The notes beneath the pieces were generated by a model, which saw only the letters and a list, made by a program, of their open reading frames with translations, searched no databases and was not told the DNA's origin. From the IMG/VR virus record IMGVR_UViG_3300028654_000009: DNA of 64,000 bases. The stretch is one strand, 5' to 3'. This stretch comes from a virus. Both the position numbers and the translations under genes were made by a program. This document shows, one piece after another, positions 1 to 8,275 of the stretch (position 1 is the stretch's first letter; each line of letters starts with the position of its first letter).

Positions 1-430
1 AGACTGGACTTTCGGCTCTCACCTCACCTTGAACGGCTCCGTAAGCCTGGTGGGCATCCAGAGTCCAATAGCCGAAGGCGATAACTGCGAAATTGACGGC
101 ATGGTCTACCACATCGAGGAAGTGTCCCACACCTGCTCAGTCGCAGCTGGTGGCCAGAAGCAATTCCGGACTAACCTCCACTTGTCAAACGGCATGCCGG
201 CGAACCAGGACGGCGCCACCGCTGACTTCCCGGTCTACCCCGGATTCACCAACGCGGGCTCTATTCAGGGCTCCAAGAAACACGCCGTGAACGTCGAACA
301 TGACACGGGCCAGGGTTTCACGTGGACCGAAGAAGTCCAACAGGAAACCGCTGGCGATGTCGATACCAAGACGGTCGGAGACGACTCGATTCTAGAGTCT
401 CAGGACCCCGGGTTCACTTCGTCTCGGTAA
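1..430 (+). CDS. C-terminal part of a probable tail/baseplate hub-type protein (5' truncated by the window)
   Basis: Open frame to TAA at 430; GSVSLVGIQ..I..GD..YHIEEVSH....F.T.L.LS pattern resembles hub/late-control-D C-termini. Confidence 0.5.
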   Translation, partial: DWTFGSHLTLNGSVSLVGIQSPIAEGDNCEIDGMVYHIEEVSHTCSVAAGGQKQFRTNLHLSNGMPANQDGATADFPVYPGFTNAGSIQGSKKHAVNVEHDTGQGFTWTEEVQQETAGDVDTKTVGDDSILESQDPGFTSSR

Positions 431-742
431 TTACAGCAAGCCCTCCTTGAAGGCCTGCTCCAGCTCGTCTCTCGAAAACACAGCGCCGGCAGGCTTACCG
501 GCCAGAAGCTTCATCCGTGCCTGGACAAAGAGGTCATGCTGCCAATCTCTCACGACCGCCTCCAGAAGCGCCAGCTTGGTGGCTAGGGCTTCGGCGTTTT
601 CTTCGCTCAGCACGTTGGCCACTGCCGCCTGCAAGCAATCGGCGTGTGTCACACGGTTTTCTCTTCGAGCCCTGTCCAGGCTGTTATTCTGGATGGTCGC
701 CTGCGTGGCAAACATCCCGCCATTGCGTGTCCCGTTTTCCAT
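431..742 (-). CDS. hypothetical protein
   Basis: 103 aa ORF, GGAGGA upstream, co-oriented with neighbours. Confidence 0.6.
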   Translation of the reverse strand: MENGTRNGGMFATQATIQNNSLDRARRENRVTHADCLQAAVANVLSEENAEALATKLALLEAVVRDWQHDLFVQARMKLLAGKPAGAVFSRDELEQAFKEGLL

Positions 743-743
743 C

Positions 744-941
744 TCAATCCTCCAAGTCTGTGTCCCATCCCGACATATCGGGCAATCTTTTCCTTGGTTC
801 CTCCAGCCGCTTCTTTACCGCCATCGGCGAATAAACAGCGACTGGTTCCGGATGAACGTGATCGTCCATGCCCTCTAATTGCGGGCTGCAGCCACCACCC
901 AGAATCGCCCAACACACCGCAAAAATCAAAGCTTTTTTCAT
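744..941 (-). CDS. small putative lipoprotein
   Basis: ATG at 941 after GGGAGGA; MKKALIFAVCWAILGGGC signal/lipobox-like N-terminus. Confidence 0.5.
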   Translation of the reverse strand: MKKALIFAVCWAILGGGCSPQLEGMDDHVHPEPVAVYSPMAVKKRLEEPRKRLPDMSGWDTDLED

Positions 942-991
942 TGATGTCCTCCCGACCGGCAGCGGCCGGGGGAACATGCTCTCGACTTTTG

Positions 992-2083
992 CTAGTGTCG
1001 CTCCGTTCCTCCCTTACGGAGGAGATAGTCCGACCCTACTAGCTTAAGCACCAAACGCGGCTTGTCAAGGGTTTCATGTACCCTACGGACTACAACCCCC
1101 TCCCGAATGTGACTCCCGCGACCCAGATTCGTCTTGCCATTCTGCAGTGACTCGATAAAGGCCTTGTTGAAGGAGCCCAGGTACATTTCGGGGACCAATG
1201 AAAGCCCAGCCTCCCAAACCGCCTCGTTCCGGTCGCGCAGGCTCAACCAGCACTTGTTGACGGTGTCATAAACGTCGAACACCTTCATCCCAAGCCGCGT
1301 ATCGTACGCAAGGTCCTGGACACCATTGCCATAGATTTCGGCGTAGAAGGCGAGGCCCAGGGGGAGAGCCTTATCGAGCTTCAGCTCGCGCACGGCTCGC
1401 CAGTAAACAGAGTTGTCTTCCTTGCGAATGACCTTGTGTGAAGATACCACCAGCTCGCCCTTCTTGCCGACCCGCCCGAATACAAAGTTGGTCCCGTGGA
1501 TTTTTTCGGTAACCTCCACCAGCTCTCCAGGCTCGAACAGCCCATGGTACTTCCGAAAATTGTCGAGGTCATAGACGGGGAAGGGTCGGGGCTGGGCCTT
1601 GCGGCGCTTCTGGGGGAGACCCAGGAAACGGCGGACACGCCAAGCCAAGCGCTCCCAAAACGTCGGTGGCTCCTTTGGCTCGGGGACGAATTCCTCAGGC
1701 TCTTCGTACTTGGTGATTTTGAGAGCCTCAGCCAGCCTGACAGACCCCTCCAGGGCCTGGAGGAAGGAACCCCTCACGCTGTCACCGGTCTCCACCCGGG
1801 GCCCGATCAGAATCCCCATCGAGAACACGCCGCGAAGCTTCTTGGCCTTGACCCGGTGCTTTCCGCTCTTGAATTCCAGGAAGCTGAGGTGGTTCTTCAC
1901 CCAGGGCTCGTTCTCGGGGATGACAGCCTCGACCGGGATGTAGATCGCCAGGTCACCCTCCTTGAAGTCGCCAGTACGAAACACGACGGGCTGGCCTTCG
2001 ACCTCGGTAATCGAAAGGGTGTCAGCGTTAGGATGCTTGGTGATGGCGCCGATTCGGACGCACGGTACGACAAACTCAGACAT
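992..2083 (-). CDS. RNA ligase, DRB0094/Rnl5-like (N-terminal OB fold + nucleotidyltransferase)
   Basis: HPNADTL OB module; motifs TEKIHGTN, YAEIYG, VFDV, REGVVV, LKLV. Confidence 0.9.
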   Translation of the reverse strand: MSEFVVPCVRIGAITKHPNADTLSITEVEGQPVVFRTGDFKEGDLAIYIPVEAVIPENEPWVKNHLSFLEFKSGKHRVKAKKLRGVFSMGILIGPRVETGDSVRGSFLQALEGSVRLAEALKITKYEEPEEFVPEPKEPPTFWERLAWRVRRFLGLPQKRRKAQPRPFPVYDLDNFRKYHGLFEPGELVEVTEKIHGTNFVFGRVGKKGELVVSSHKVIRKEDNSVYWRAVRELKLDKALPLGLAFYAEIYGNGVQDLAYDTRLGMKVFDVYDTVNKCWLSLRDRNEAVWEAGLSLVPEMYLGSFNKAFIESLQNGKTNLGRGSHIREGVVVRRVHETLDKPRLVLKLVGSDYLLRKGGTERH

Positions 2084-2095
2084 GGGGACCTTCCT

Positions 2096-2329
2096 TTACT
2101 TCTTGCCGGCAGAAGCCGCCGTCGGGCAGTAGAAGTCACAGAACAAAGTGATGGCCGGAGCGAAAAGGGTCCCGATGAAAATCGCCCCCATGGCCACGTT
2201 CCGGGCCGACACCTTATACCCCTCGTGTGGGTCTTGAACGCCGACACACTCTCCATATTCGTTGGAGCTGGTGCAGGCGGAGGTGGACAGGGCGAGAACG
2301 AGACTGAGGGCGAGAGCAAGCTTCTTCAT
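2096..2329 (-). CDS. small phage lipoprotein
   Basis: Signal peptide with STSAC lipobox, then CTS..EYGECVG and a hydrophobic segment. Confidence 0.7.
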   Translation of the reverse strand: MKKLALALSLVLALSTSACTSSNEYGECVGVQDPHEGYKVSARNVAMGAIFIGTLFAPAITLFCDFYCPTAASAGKK

Positions 2330-2377
2330 GGGATCTCCTTTGGTTTTCGATCTTGGTCGGGATCATGATACATCAGG

Positions 2378-2665
2378 TTATCGAGTTGTCAAGCGCTCCT
2401 CTTCGATAAGCTCGTCGATAATTTGGTTCGAGAGGGCGACCTCATCGTAAAAACGCTCGATCGCCTTCCTGGCCAGCAGGAAGTTTGGGTAAGACTCGGT
2501 GTTAATGGCTTCCCACGGGGTCCAGGTGCCGCATACAGCCTCGCAGCGGTCAATCCTCCACCCACCGGCCTCCTTGATGCCACGGACAGCGTGCGTCGCC
2601 TTGCCAACCTTGACGAAGCCGAACATGTACTTGTCGGAGCGGGGCTCGAACTTGATGCTTGACAT
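2378..2665 (-). CDS. hypothetical early protein (probably leaderless)
   Basis: 95 aa ORF whose ATG lies 6 nt after a -10 box. Confidence 0.65.
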   Translation of the reverse strand: MSSIKFEPRSDKYMFGFVKVGKATHAVRGIKEAGGWRIDRCEAVCGTWTPWEAINTESYPNFLLARKAIERFYDEVALSNQIIDELIEEERLTTR

Positions 2666-2671
2666 AGACTC

Positions 2672-2699
2672 ATCCTACCATTCTTTTGAGAGTCGTCAA
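2672..2699 (-). promoter_or_regulatory. sigma70-type early promoter
   Basis: TTGACG-actctcaaaagaatgg-TAGGAT. Confidence 0.75.
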
Positions 2700-2712
2700 G
2701 TACTTTTAGGCG

Positions 2713-2808
2713 CTCACCCTCCTCCGCACATCAAACCAGGCGATAACCAAAAGGTTTCGTGATTCCTGGTTACCAACGTTTTATGGCACCAAATGCAGGG
2801 AGGAGAGC
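2713..2808 (-). ncRNA. candidate structured RNA immediately 3' of tRNA-Tyr
   Basis: Ends pair (CTCTCCTCCCTGCA / TGCGGAGGAGGGTGAG); inner AACCAGG/CCTGGTT helix; no convincing ORF. Confidence 0.4.
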
Positions 2809-2892
2809 TGGTTGGTGAGGCAGGACTCGAACCTGCGAAGCCGAAGCGCGGGATTTACAGTCACGACCCTTTGCCACTCGGGTCACTCACCA
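2809..2892 (-). tRNA. tRNA-Tyr (GTA)
   Basis: Cloverleaf with long variable arm, CTGTAAA loop, GGTTCGAGTCC T arm, encoded CCA. Confidence 0.9.
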
Positions 2893-2898
2893 GTAAGG

Positions 2899-3087
2899 TT
2901 AATAGTCGCGCCCGGTACCTTTGGGCGCGTTGAGGTCCGCGAAATCTTGGGCCACCAGGCCGGCAGCGATATGGAGGTCGGCGGCCAGGTCCATCAAGGT
3001 CTGGAGGTCGTCTCCGTAGTATTCGTCAGCCGCTTTGACTGCTTGGGCCAAGAGCTTAACAGACTCTTTCATCTTCATGTCGATCAT
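2899..3087 (-). CDS. hypothetical protein
   Basis: 62 aa ORF within the RNA cluster, AAAGG upstream. Confidence 0.5.
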   Translation of the reverse strand: MIDMKMKESVKLLAQAVKAADEYYGDDLQTLMDLAADLHIAAGLVAQDFADLNAPKGTGRDY

Positions 3088-3108
3088 TGGGTGCCTTTCT
3101 TAAAAAAA

Positions 3109-3233
3109 TGAATAGACCTGCGTTTTAGCAGTGGGGCTAGCGACTTCCCCTCACTTTCACTTGTACGTTTGGGTTGCTATCCCAGGGTCCTTCTCTGAGG
3201 TGCCCGCGCAAGTCTTAGCTCCAGGTCTATTCA
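3109..3233 (-). ncRNA. candidate structured RNA of unknown family
   Basis: Perfect 12-bp terminal helix TGAATAGACCTG/CAGGTCTATTCA, internal hairpins, followed by a T-run. Confidence 0.5.
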
Positions 3234-3237
3234 AAGG

Positions 3238-3305
3238 TCCCCGGGGCGAGCGTTAAACTCGCGTCTCCGCGCCCATGCACGGTGTCCTTACTAGACGACC
3301 CAGGA
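3238..3305 (-). tRNA. aberrant tRNA-like gene (undetermined anticodon)
   Basis: Acceptor TCCTGGG/CCCGGGG, D and T stems intact, but anticodon loop of 4-6 nt (CATGGG) and T loop TTTAACG. Confidence 0.55.
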
Positions 3306-3315
3306 AATTGAGTGT

Positions 3316-3389
3316 TTGTGCTGGCAGGAGTCGAACCTGCAACAATCCGCCAATAAGGCGGTCGTTTTGCCAGTTGAAACTACAACACA
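3316..3389 (-). tRNA. atypical tRNA, nominal anticodon TAT (Ile)
   Basis: Cloverleaf with GGTTCGACTCC; anticodon loop CTTATTG has a pyrimidine at position 37; no CCA. Confidence 0.65.
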
Positions 3390-3396
3390 AACATCG

Positions 3397-3468
3397 GGGA
3401 CCCGGCAGGATTCGACCCTGCACCTCAGGCCTTAACGGCTTGAGTTCTACCATTAAACTACGGGTCCC
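3397..3468 (-). tRNA. atypical tRNA, nominal anticodon TTA (ochre)
   Basis: Cloverleaf; anticodon loop CGTTAAG (G33), T loop GTCGAAT, possible G-1:C73 pair. Confidence 0.6.
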
Positions 3469-3473
3469 GTAAC

Positions 3474-3755
3474 TCAGTAACGATAAGAGCTGCTATCAAA
3501 GGCCACAGCAGCCACCTGGACTTCGCTCGTTAGTCTATCAACCTGATCTTGAAGCTCGCGGATTTGAGCCCGCATGGTATCCAAAAGTGGAACTACAGCC
3601 GCCAGAGCGGTCGAACCAGCGGGGGCAAAGCTGGCGACACAGTCGCTGCACCAATACCGGTTCACTCCGTCAGAGTCTTGCCGGACGACATAACAATCCG
3701 CGTCGGGTGGTGTTCTGTAGACGTACACCTGCTTCCCACAAAGCCCGTGACTCAC
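3474..3755 (-). CDS. hypothetical protein (Cys motifs + coiled coil)
   Basis: GTG start overlapping the upstream TGA; WCSDC motif. Confidence 0.55.
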   Translation of the reverse strand: MSHGLCGKQVYVYRTPPDADCYVVRQDSDGVNRYWCSDCVASFAPAGSTALAAVVPLLDTMRAQIRELQDQVDRLTSEVQVAAVAFDSSSYRY

Positions 3756-3973
3756 AGCGGCCTCCAGCAAGCGTGGCAGTCGTGGAGGCCCATACGGCGG
3801 GCCAGCTCGAAGCCCACGGCCGCCAGCTCGTCGTGATAGAAGCCCAGCTTCGGGGTGTGATACCCTGCTGCGTTCAAGCGCTCCTGGATGTGGATGACCT
3901 CCAAGAGGTCCTTGCGGACGTACAGGAGGGAATCGGTCGACATCTTCTTGGCAGACTCTTGAGTGATTGGCAT
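3752..3973 (-). CDS. hypothetical early protein (probably leaderless)
   Basis: ATG 6 nt after the TATCAT -10 box. Confidence 0.65.
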   Translation of the reverse strand: MPITQESAKKMSTDSLLYVRKDLLEVIHIQERLNAAGYHTPKLGFYHDELAAVGFELARRMGLHDCHACWRPL

Positions 3974-3979
3974 AAGAGA

Positions 3980-4007
3980 ATGATACCTCGTGTTTTGAGA
4001 CTGTCAA
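3980..4007 (-). promoter_or_regulatory. sigma70-type early promoter
   Basis: TTGACA-gtctcaaaacacgagg-TATCAT. Confidence 0.8.
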
Positions 4008-4009
4008 AT

Positions 4010-4282
4010 TTATTCTTCGGTGGCTTCTGCAACGTCAACTTCCGCAATCAGAAAAGCCCGGCGCGCGGCTTCGTTTTGGGTAAGGACCCCCAAAAACCCT
4101 GGATCATCCTCGGCGAAGACATAGTCAAACGGCGAAGAGACGATCGTCCTTATAAACTCTTCCCCGGCGTCCTTGACCCAAGCCAGGGCAAGAACGGGAA
4201 TGGAATGCACCTCGCCATCTTCACGGAAGAAGGCTTCGAGACCGGCTGGGGGCGGAAGAAGCTGTTGGATTCTGTTTGCCAT
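4010..4282 (-). CDS. hypothetical protein
   Basis: 90 aa ORF with AAGGGG upstream. Confidence 0.6.
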   Translation of the reverse strand: MANRIQQLLPPPAGLEAFFREDGEVHSIPVLALAWVKDAGEEFIRTIVSSPFDYVFAEDDPGFLGVLTQNEAARRAFLIAEVDVAEATEE

Positions 4283-4425
4283 TTTATACCCTTGCGTAGC
4301 GGGGGCCCGAATAAAAACACACGCATCTTACCAACCCGGTGGCCAATCCAGGGCAAGCGGTCCTCCGGCCGGAGGACCTTTGCGGCGTGTCTGCATCTTG
4401 ACCCGGTTTTGTGCCGGATCGAAAG

Positions 4426-4774
4426 TGGAGATGTGGGGAGTCGAACCCCAGTGTTGAAGAGCTACAAACTTGCTACTACGTGTGTTTCTCGCGCTTTATT
4501 TTCGTCACCCGGGACCCCACGAGAAGGAGCCTGGACGCTTTGTCCGCCTATTCTCGCCCCAATCATGGCAGACAGGTTCTTGGGGCATATCCCTGTGAAT
4601 GACCAATCCCTAGAGTACGGGCACCCTCTAGTTCATGGGCTCGGCGGTTCTTTAGGCCGCGAGAGCGAACGACTGCTCGTTAGCAGGTATTACTTTGTCC
4701 GTTTTTACGAGGCCTCGGACACCTCGACACGCAACTCATTTTTCACTTACTTCAGTCGAAACCAGTTCATCCCC
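4426..4774 (-). ncRNA. ssrA: tmRNA (tag peptide ANEQSFALAA at 4684..4652)
   Basis: 5' GGGGATGAACTGGTTTCGAC, 3' GGGGTTCGACTCCCCACATCTCCA with G3:U70 pair, tag frame ending ALAA-TAA. Confidence 0.95.
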
Positions 4775-4939
4775 GTACATACTGGGTACCGGGCTGCTCC
4801 AGCACCAGAAAACAGCCCGGTACCACTCTCAAAATTTCCACAAATTTACCTGATACCAAAAGGTTTGAAGGTATGGGCCAGGCCCTCTGCGCTTACATCT
4901 CTTCCCTCCTTGTGCACTAGACTCTTCGTCTGGAGAAAG

Positions 4940-4967
4940 AGATTAGCACGCCCATAGGGGTTGTCAA
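4940..4967 (-). promoter_or_regulatory. promoter upstream of the tmRNA/tRNA cluster
   Basis: TTGACA-16 nt-TAATCT; the -10 box also matches the late motif. Confidence 0.65.
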
Positions 4968-4973
4968 ATAAAA

Positions 4974-6464
4974 TCAAACGAGTCTCCACTTCACCTTCCC
5001 GATATCCCAAACCCGGGCAAACCCATTGCGTTCAGTACACTCCCGTTCCGTCTCGCCCTTGTTCAACAAACCCTTCGCTCTAAGGCCGTCTTTCCGAAAA
5101 CCAAACCGATGGTAGCGCTTTGTTCCCTTAAAGTACCAATACCTGGGAGGAACCGCTCCGACCTTTTGAAAACCCGTAGCTTCATAAAGCCTGCCATTGC
5201 TAAACCGTAGATCGGAAAACGTAAAGACAGGCTCGGGATGGGCCCTCCGGAAGGCGGCGATCAGCCTGCTCAACCCCCCAACCACCGCGTTTTCGCCAAC
5301 ACAGTATCTCGTCAGATTCCATTCTCCTGATTTATGGGCCACAAAGGTCGCAGCGGCCACAGCGATTCCCTGGTGGACCAACCGTAGAGTGGTCCCCGCC
5401 GGGCCAGCCCCCTGAATATGGTTTTTGTCTATGAAATCTGTGCCCCCGGATTGAATTTCACACTTCCTAGCTCCAATTTTGGGCTTGACACCCAGAATGC
5501 CCTTTATGAATCCCTCCACCGCGCTTCGCCGCTCCCTCCATTCGTCCTCGAAGAGGAACAAGGAACTGGGGATTCCGGCAGCAACAAGTAAGGCGTGTTT
5601 CTGCTGCATGGTCACCTTCTCTTTACCCTCCTGGTGCCAATACATCCCATTCAATTCAATCGCTAGCTTACCTGGAACAAAAACGTCGATTTCGTAAGGT
5701 GCGATCACTTTCCTGGTGTTGTGGACTGTGTCTGGGGCCACGTTTTTTACGAAGTCAAATAATTCAAGCTCTATGCCGGATTTGGTGCAGCCGCAATAGA
5801 GGGTGCGGCGCAGGGCTATGTACTGTGCGGTCGTTGTGAATTCTCTCCCACACTTACAAAGGCAAACACAGGGCCAGCGGGTATGGACCTTGTCCGGGAT
5901 GGGCTCCTTCAGTTTCCCACCGACGGAAGCAAGGACCTCTCCGACCTGACCCGAGGTAAGGGAGTATCGATTTACAGAACTGGCCTTTTGTGCGGCAGTG
6001 TATTTGCCGCGTTTGGCGATGCCGCTCGCGATCGCTCCACTTACAAACGCGCACCCACACGAAGTCGTGTTCCCCGAGAGAACGGCCTTGAGGGTGCAGG
6101 TCTGTCCAAATTCATTGCTACAGCGACACCGAAAGCGCCATGCACCGGGTTTTGTGACCTTGGTTAAGGGGTCCTCTGGAGATACCTCTGACACGAGGAC
6201 AACCTGCCGCTCCGCAAGCACTCCCGAGATGTCGGCCCAGGTGCGTTTGGAGGGATTCGCCCGAGCGGCGACCTGTTTCTGTAGACAGCCGCAAGACTGA
6301 GTCACACCATACCAAACGGCGCGGGATTTGGCTTCAAAATAGGAACCGCACAGCGGACAGGTTAGCCCGACGACCGCTTGCGTATTGAACTTTTTACCAC
6401 CGAAAGTTGGGGCGAACTTCGAGCATCTCTGCTGGAATTCTTCCCAAGTTATCGGCCGAGACAT
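4974..6464 (-). CDS. putative homing endonuclease (Hef/Vsr-like) with N-terminal Cys-rich repeats
   Basis: Repeated CxCG...SCGC modules; YEIDVFVP..LAIELNGMYWH..FEDEW nuclease core; IGARKCEI...SDLRFSNG.LY...GF C-terminal domain. Confidence 0.75.
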   Translation of the reverse strand: MSRPITWEEFQQRCSKFAPTFGGKKFNTQAVVGLTCPLCGSYFEAKSRAVWYGVTQSCGCLQKQVAARANPSKRTWADISGVLAERQVVLVSEVSPEDPLTKVTKPGAWRFRCRCSNEFGQTCTLKAVLSGNTTSCGCAFVSGAIASGIAKRGKYTAAQKASSVNRYSLTSGQVGEVLASVGGKLKEPIPDKVHTRWPCVCLCKCGREFTTTAQYIALRRTLYCGCTKSGIELELFDFVKNVAPDTVHNTRKVIAPYEIDVFVPGKLAIELNGMYWHQEGKEKVTMQQKHALLVAAGIPSSLFLFEDEWRERRSAVEGFIKGILGVKPKIGARKCEIQSGGTDFIDKNHIQGAGPAGTTLRLVHQGIAVAAATFVAHKSGEWNLTRYCVGENAVVGGLSRLIAAFRRAHPEPVFTFSDLRFSNGRLYEATGFQKVGAVPPRYWYFKGTKRYHRFGFRKDGLRAKGLLNKGETERECTERNGFARVWDIGKVKWRLV

Positions 6465-6579
6465 ATAGGAACTATATCAGATGTTAGGCGGGCACTCAAG
6501 GCAAACCTGCATCCCAACGTTCTGAAATGTTCCTAATCTTCTTAAACTGTGATTGGAGGCCGCTAATTACTTGAAATAG

Positions 6580-7068
6580 TTACGGAAGATTGGCCGCAGT
6601 CGGGTGCTCATCATTGATAACCGACTCGTCGTCCACAAGGAGCCCTACGTATGAGAACGTAGCCTCGGAAAGCTGGCGAGCCGCGAAACCGCCCGAGCCC
6701 GAGGTGGGTCGAACGTTTCGGATTTTGGCGATACGGGGCTCCTGGCCAAGGGCCTCGGCCTGGCGGTCGATGATAACCATCTCCAGGTACTCGTGCAGCA
6801 AGAGGTCCTGCACCCGGGGCACCCGTCCGTCGGTGTGCCAGCCGTGACCAATAACGCGCCAGCCAGAGCAGGTGATCTGCACGACGTCGACCGAGGTGTA
6901 GTCAATCTCTGCCGCCGAATAGCGACCGAGGATGAATGCAGGCGAAACCTCGTACGTCACGCCATAGCTGACGTTCGAAAAAAGGCCAATTACCTTGGCT
7001 TCTCCGGTGTTCGGGTCTACCATCGCAACCTTGGCGCGAGCGCCACTCATTACTTTCGGAGCGGCCAT
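6580..7068 (-). CDS. tail tube protein
   Basis: 162 aa beta-rich protein, VMSGARAKV..IG....VSYG....P..ILG pattern, downstream of the sheath, late motif upstream. Confidence 0.75.
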   Translation of the reverse strand: MAAPKVMSGARAKVAMVDPNTGEAKVIGLFSNVSYGVTYEVSPAFILGRYSAAEIDYTSVDVVQITCSGWRVIGHGWHTDGRVPRVQDLLLHEYLEMVIIDRQAEALGQEPRIAKIRNVRPTSGSGGFAARQLSEATFSYVGLLVDDESVINDEHPTAANLP

Positions 7069-7125
7069 TAGCTGTTCACCTTGCTATTGTACATGGACAA
7101 AAGATTATGACTGTGTCCTTTGTTC

Positions 7126-7154
7126 TTGACGGCTCTCAAAACAAATGCTAGGCT
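7126..7154 (+). promoter_or_regulatory. sigma70-type early promoter
   Basis: TTGACG-gctctcaaaacaaatgc-TAGGCT. Confidence 0.7.
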
Positions 7155-7162
7155 GCCCTCAA

Positions 7163-7429
7163 ATGGCAAAATTCCCTCTCAAATGGCACAAAGAAGTCCA
7201 CAAGCTCTCCGAAAACTGGGTACAGGTCAACAAACGGGACCTGGAGGTGTATATCGCCACCAAAAGCGCGGAAATAGAAGGCGCCGAACGTAAAAATGCG
7301 CGCCACGCTGCGCAAATCGCTCGGGCGGAAGCGGAGGGCATCGAGGAATTTGATAGAGACAATTTTCTGCCGGTCACCAAGAGCATGGCCCGGCGCCTGA
7401 AAGCTCAAAAAGTTCTTGACCAAGTTTGA
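7163..7429 (+). CDS. hypothetical early protein
   Basis: ATG 8 nt after the -10 box (ORF track starts at 7145). Confidence 0.6.
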   Translation: MAKFPLKWHKEVHKLSENWVQVNKRDLEVYIATKSAEIEGAERKNARHAAQIARAEAEGIEEFDRDNFLPVTKSMARRLKAQKVLDQV

Positions 7430-7483
7430 TAGTCTGGTAGAGTAATTCTTGTCCCGAACGCAAACCCCTTCTAGGAGAACCCC
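7408..7483 (+). repeat. promoter + leader cassette, second copy at 36590..36667
   Basis: AAAAGTTCTTGAC...TCTGGTAGAGTAATTCTTGTCCCGAACG(C)AAACCCCTT..AGGAG shared by both copies. Confidence 0.85.
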
Positions 7484-8275
7484 ATGAGCGCGAACCTCGA
7501 CAAAGTCATCGACCGCATCCGCAAGCTTCTGGCCCTGGCCTCTTCGGCCAACGAGAACGAGGCCCAGGCTGCCGCTGCCGCTGCCGCCAAGCTTCAGGAA
7601 GAGTACCAGATCGAAGCCGCCCAGATCGAGCTGGAGACGGGCGAAGGCATCGACGACGACATCGTCGCGGACGCCTGGGAGGCGGAGGGGGCGAACCGAT
7701 CCCGGTGGGAGGACGCCATCCTCCTCGGCTTGTGCAAGCTGCACAACGTCAAGGTGTTTGTCACCAAGAAGCGCACCCTGGCCGGCAAGAAGGTCGCTGT
7801 CTCGAACCTGTTCGGGCGGACCTCGTCCATCCAGACCGTCAAGTACACCCTTGCCTTCCTGACGAATATCGGCGAGCGCCTGTCCCGCGAGGGGTACGCG
7901 GCTTACCTGCGGAACGCCTCGACCCTCGGCTACATCGAAAACGGGAAGGCTTGGGGCAACAGCTTCCGCGTCGGCTTCGGGCACCGCGTCCACCAGCGGC
8001 TGTGCGAGCTGGAGAACGCGAATCGGAAATACCGAGAGCAGGGCATCAACAACGGCAACCAGGCCCTGGTGATCGTCGCCAAGAACGACCTGGCCGTGCG
8101 CGACGCTTACGCGGCGTACCTGCGTGACGGGAAGATCAAGCTGCGCACGAGCAGCGCTACTGGCCGAGTCAGCAATGGCAACGGCTACGCTGCGGGCCAG
8201 GCTGCCGGTAGCGGCGTCAACCTCTCCGGCGGTGGCCGGGGACAGCTGGGCGCGGGCCCGGGGCTGCTCCGATGA
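7484..8275 (+). CDS. DUF2786-domain protein
   Basis: KVIDRIRKLLALASSANENEAQAA...A.KL N-terminus; SFRVGF motif. Confidence 0.85.
   Translation: MSANLDKVIDRIRKLLALASSANENEAQAAAAAAAKLQEEYQIEAAQIELETGEGIDDDIVADAWEAEGANRSRWEDAILLGLCKLHNVKVFVTKKRTLAGKKVAVSNLFGRTSSIQTVKYTLAFLTNIGERLSREGYAAYLRNASTLGYIENGKAWGNSFRVGFGHRVHQRLCELENANRKYREQGINNGNQALVIVAKNDLAVRDAYAAYLRDGKIKLRTSSATGRVSNGNGYAAGQAAGSGVNLSGGGRGQLGAGPGLLR

Noticed and set aside
2713-3233. tRNA-associated HDV-like (theta) ribozymes
   Set aside because: The position fits, but I could not build the nested double pseudoknot by eye
3397-3468. UUA-anticodon tRNA as evidence of TAA stop-codon reassignment
   Set aside because: Capsid, sheath, portal, terminase and the tmRNA tag all end in TAA, and genes are intact in the standard code; the tRNA itself is non-canonical
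3587-4957. 456 aa plus-strand ORF
   Set aside because: Antisense to the tmRNA and small genes; no recognisable motifs
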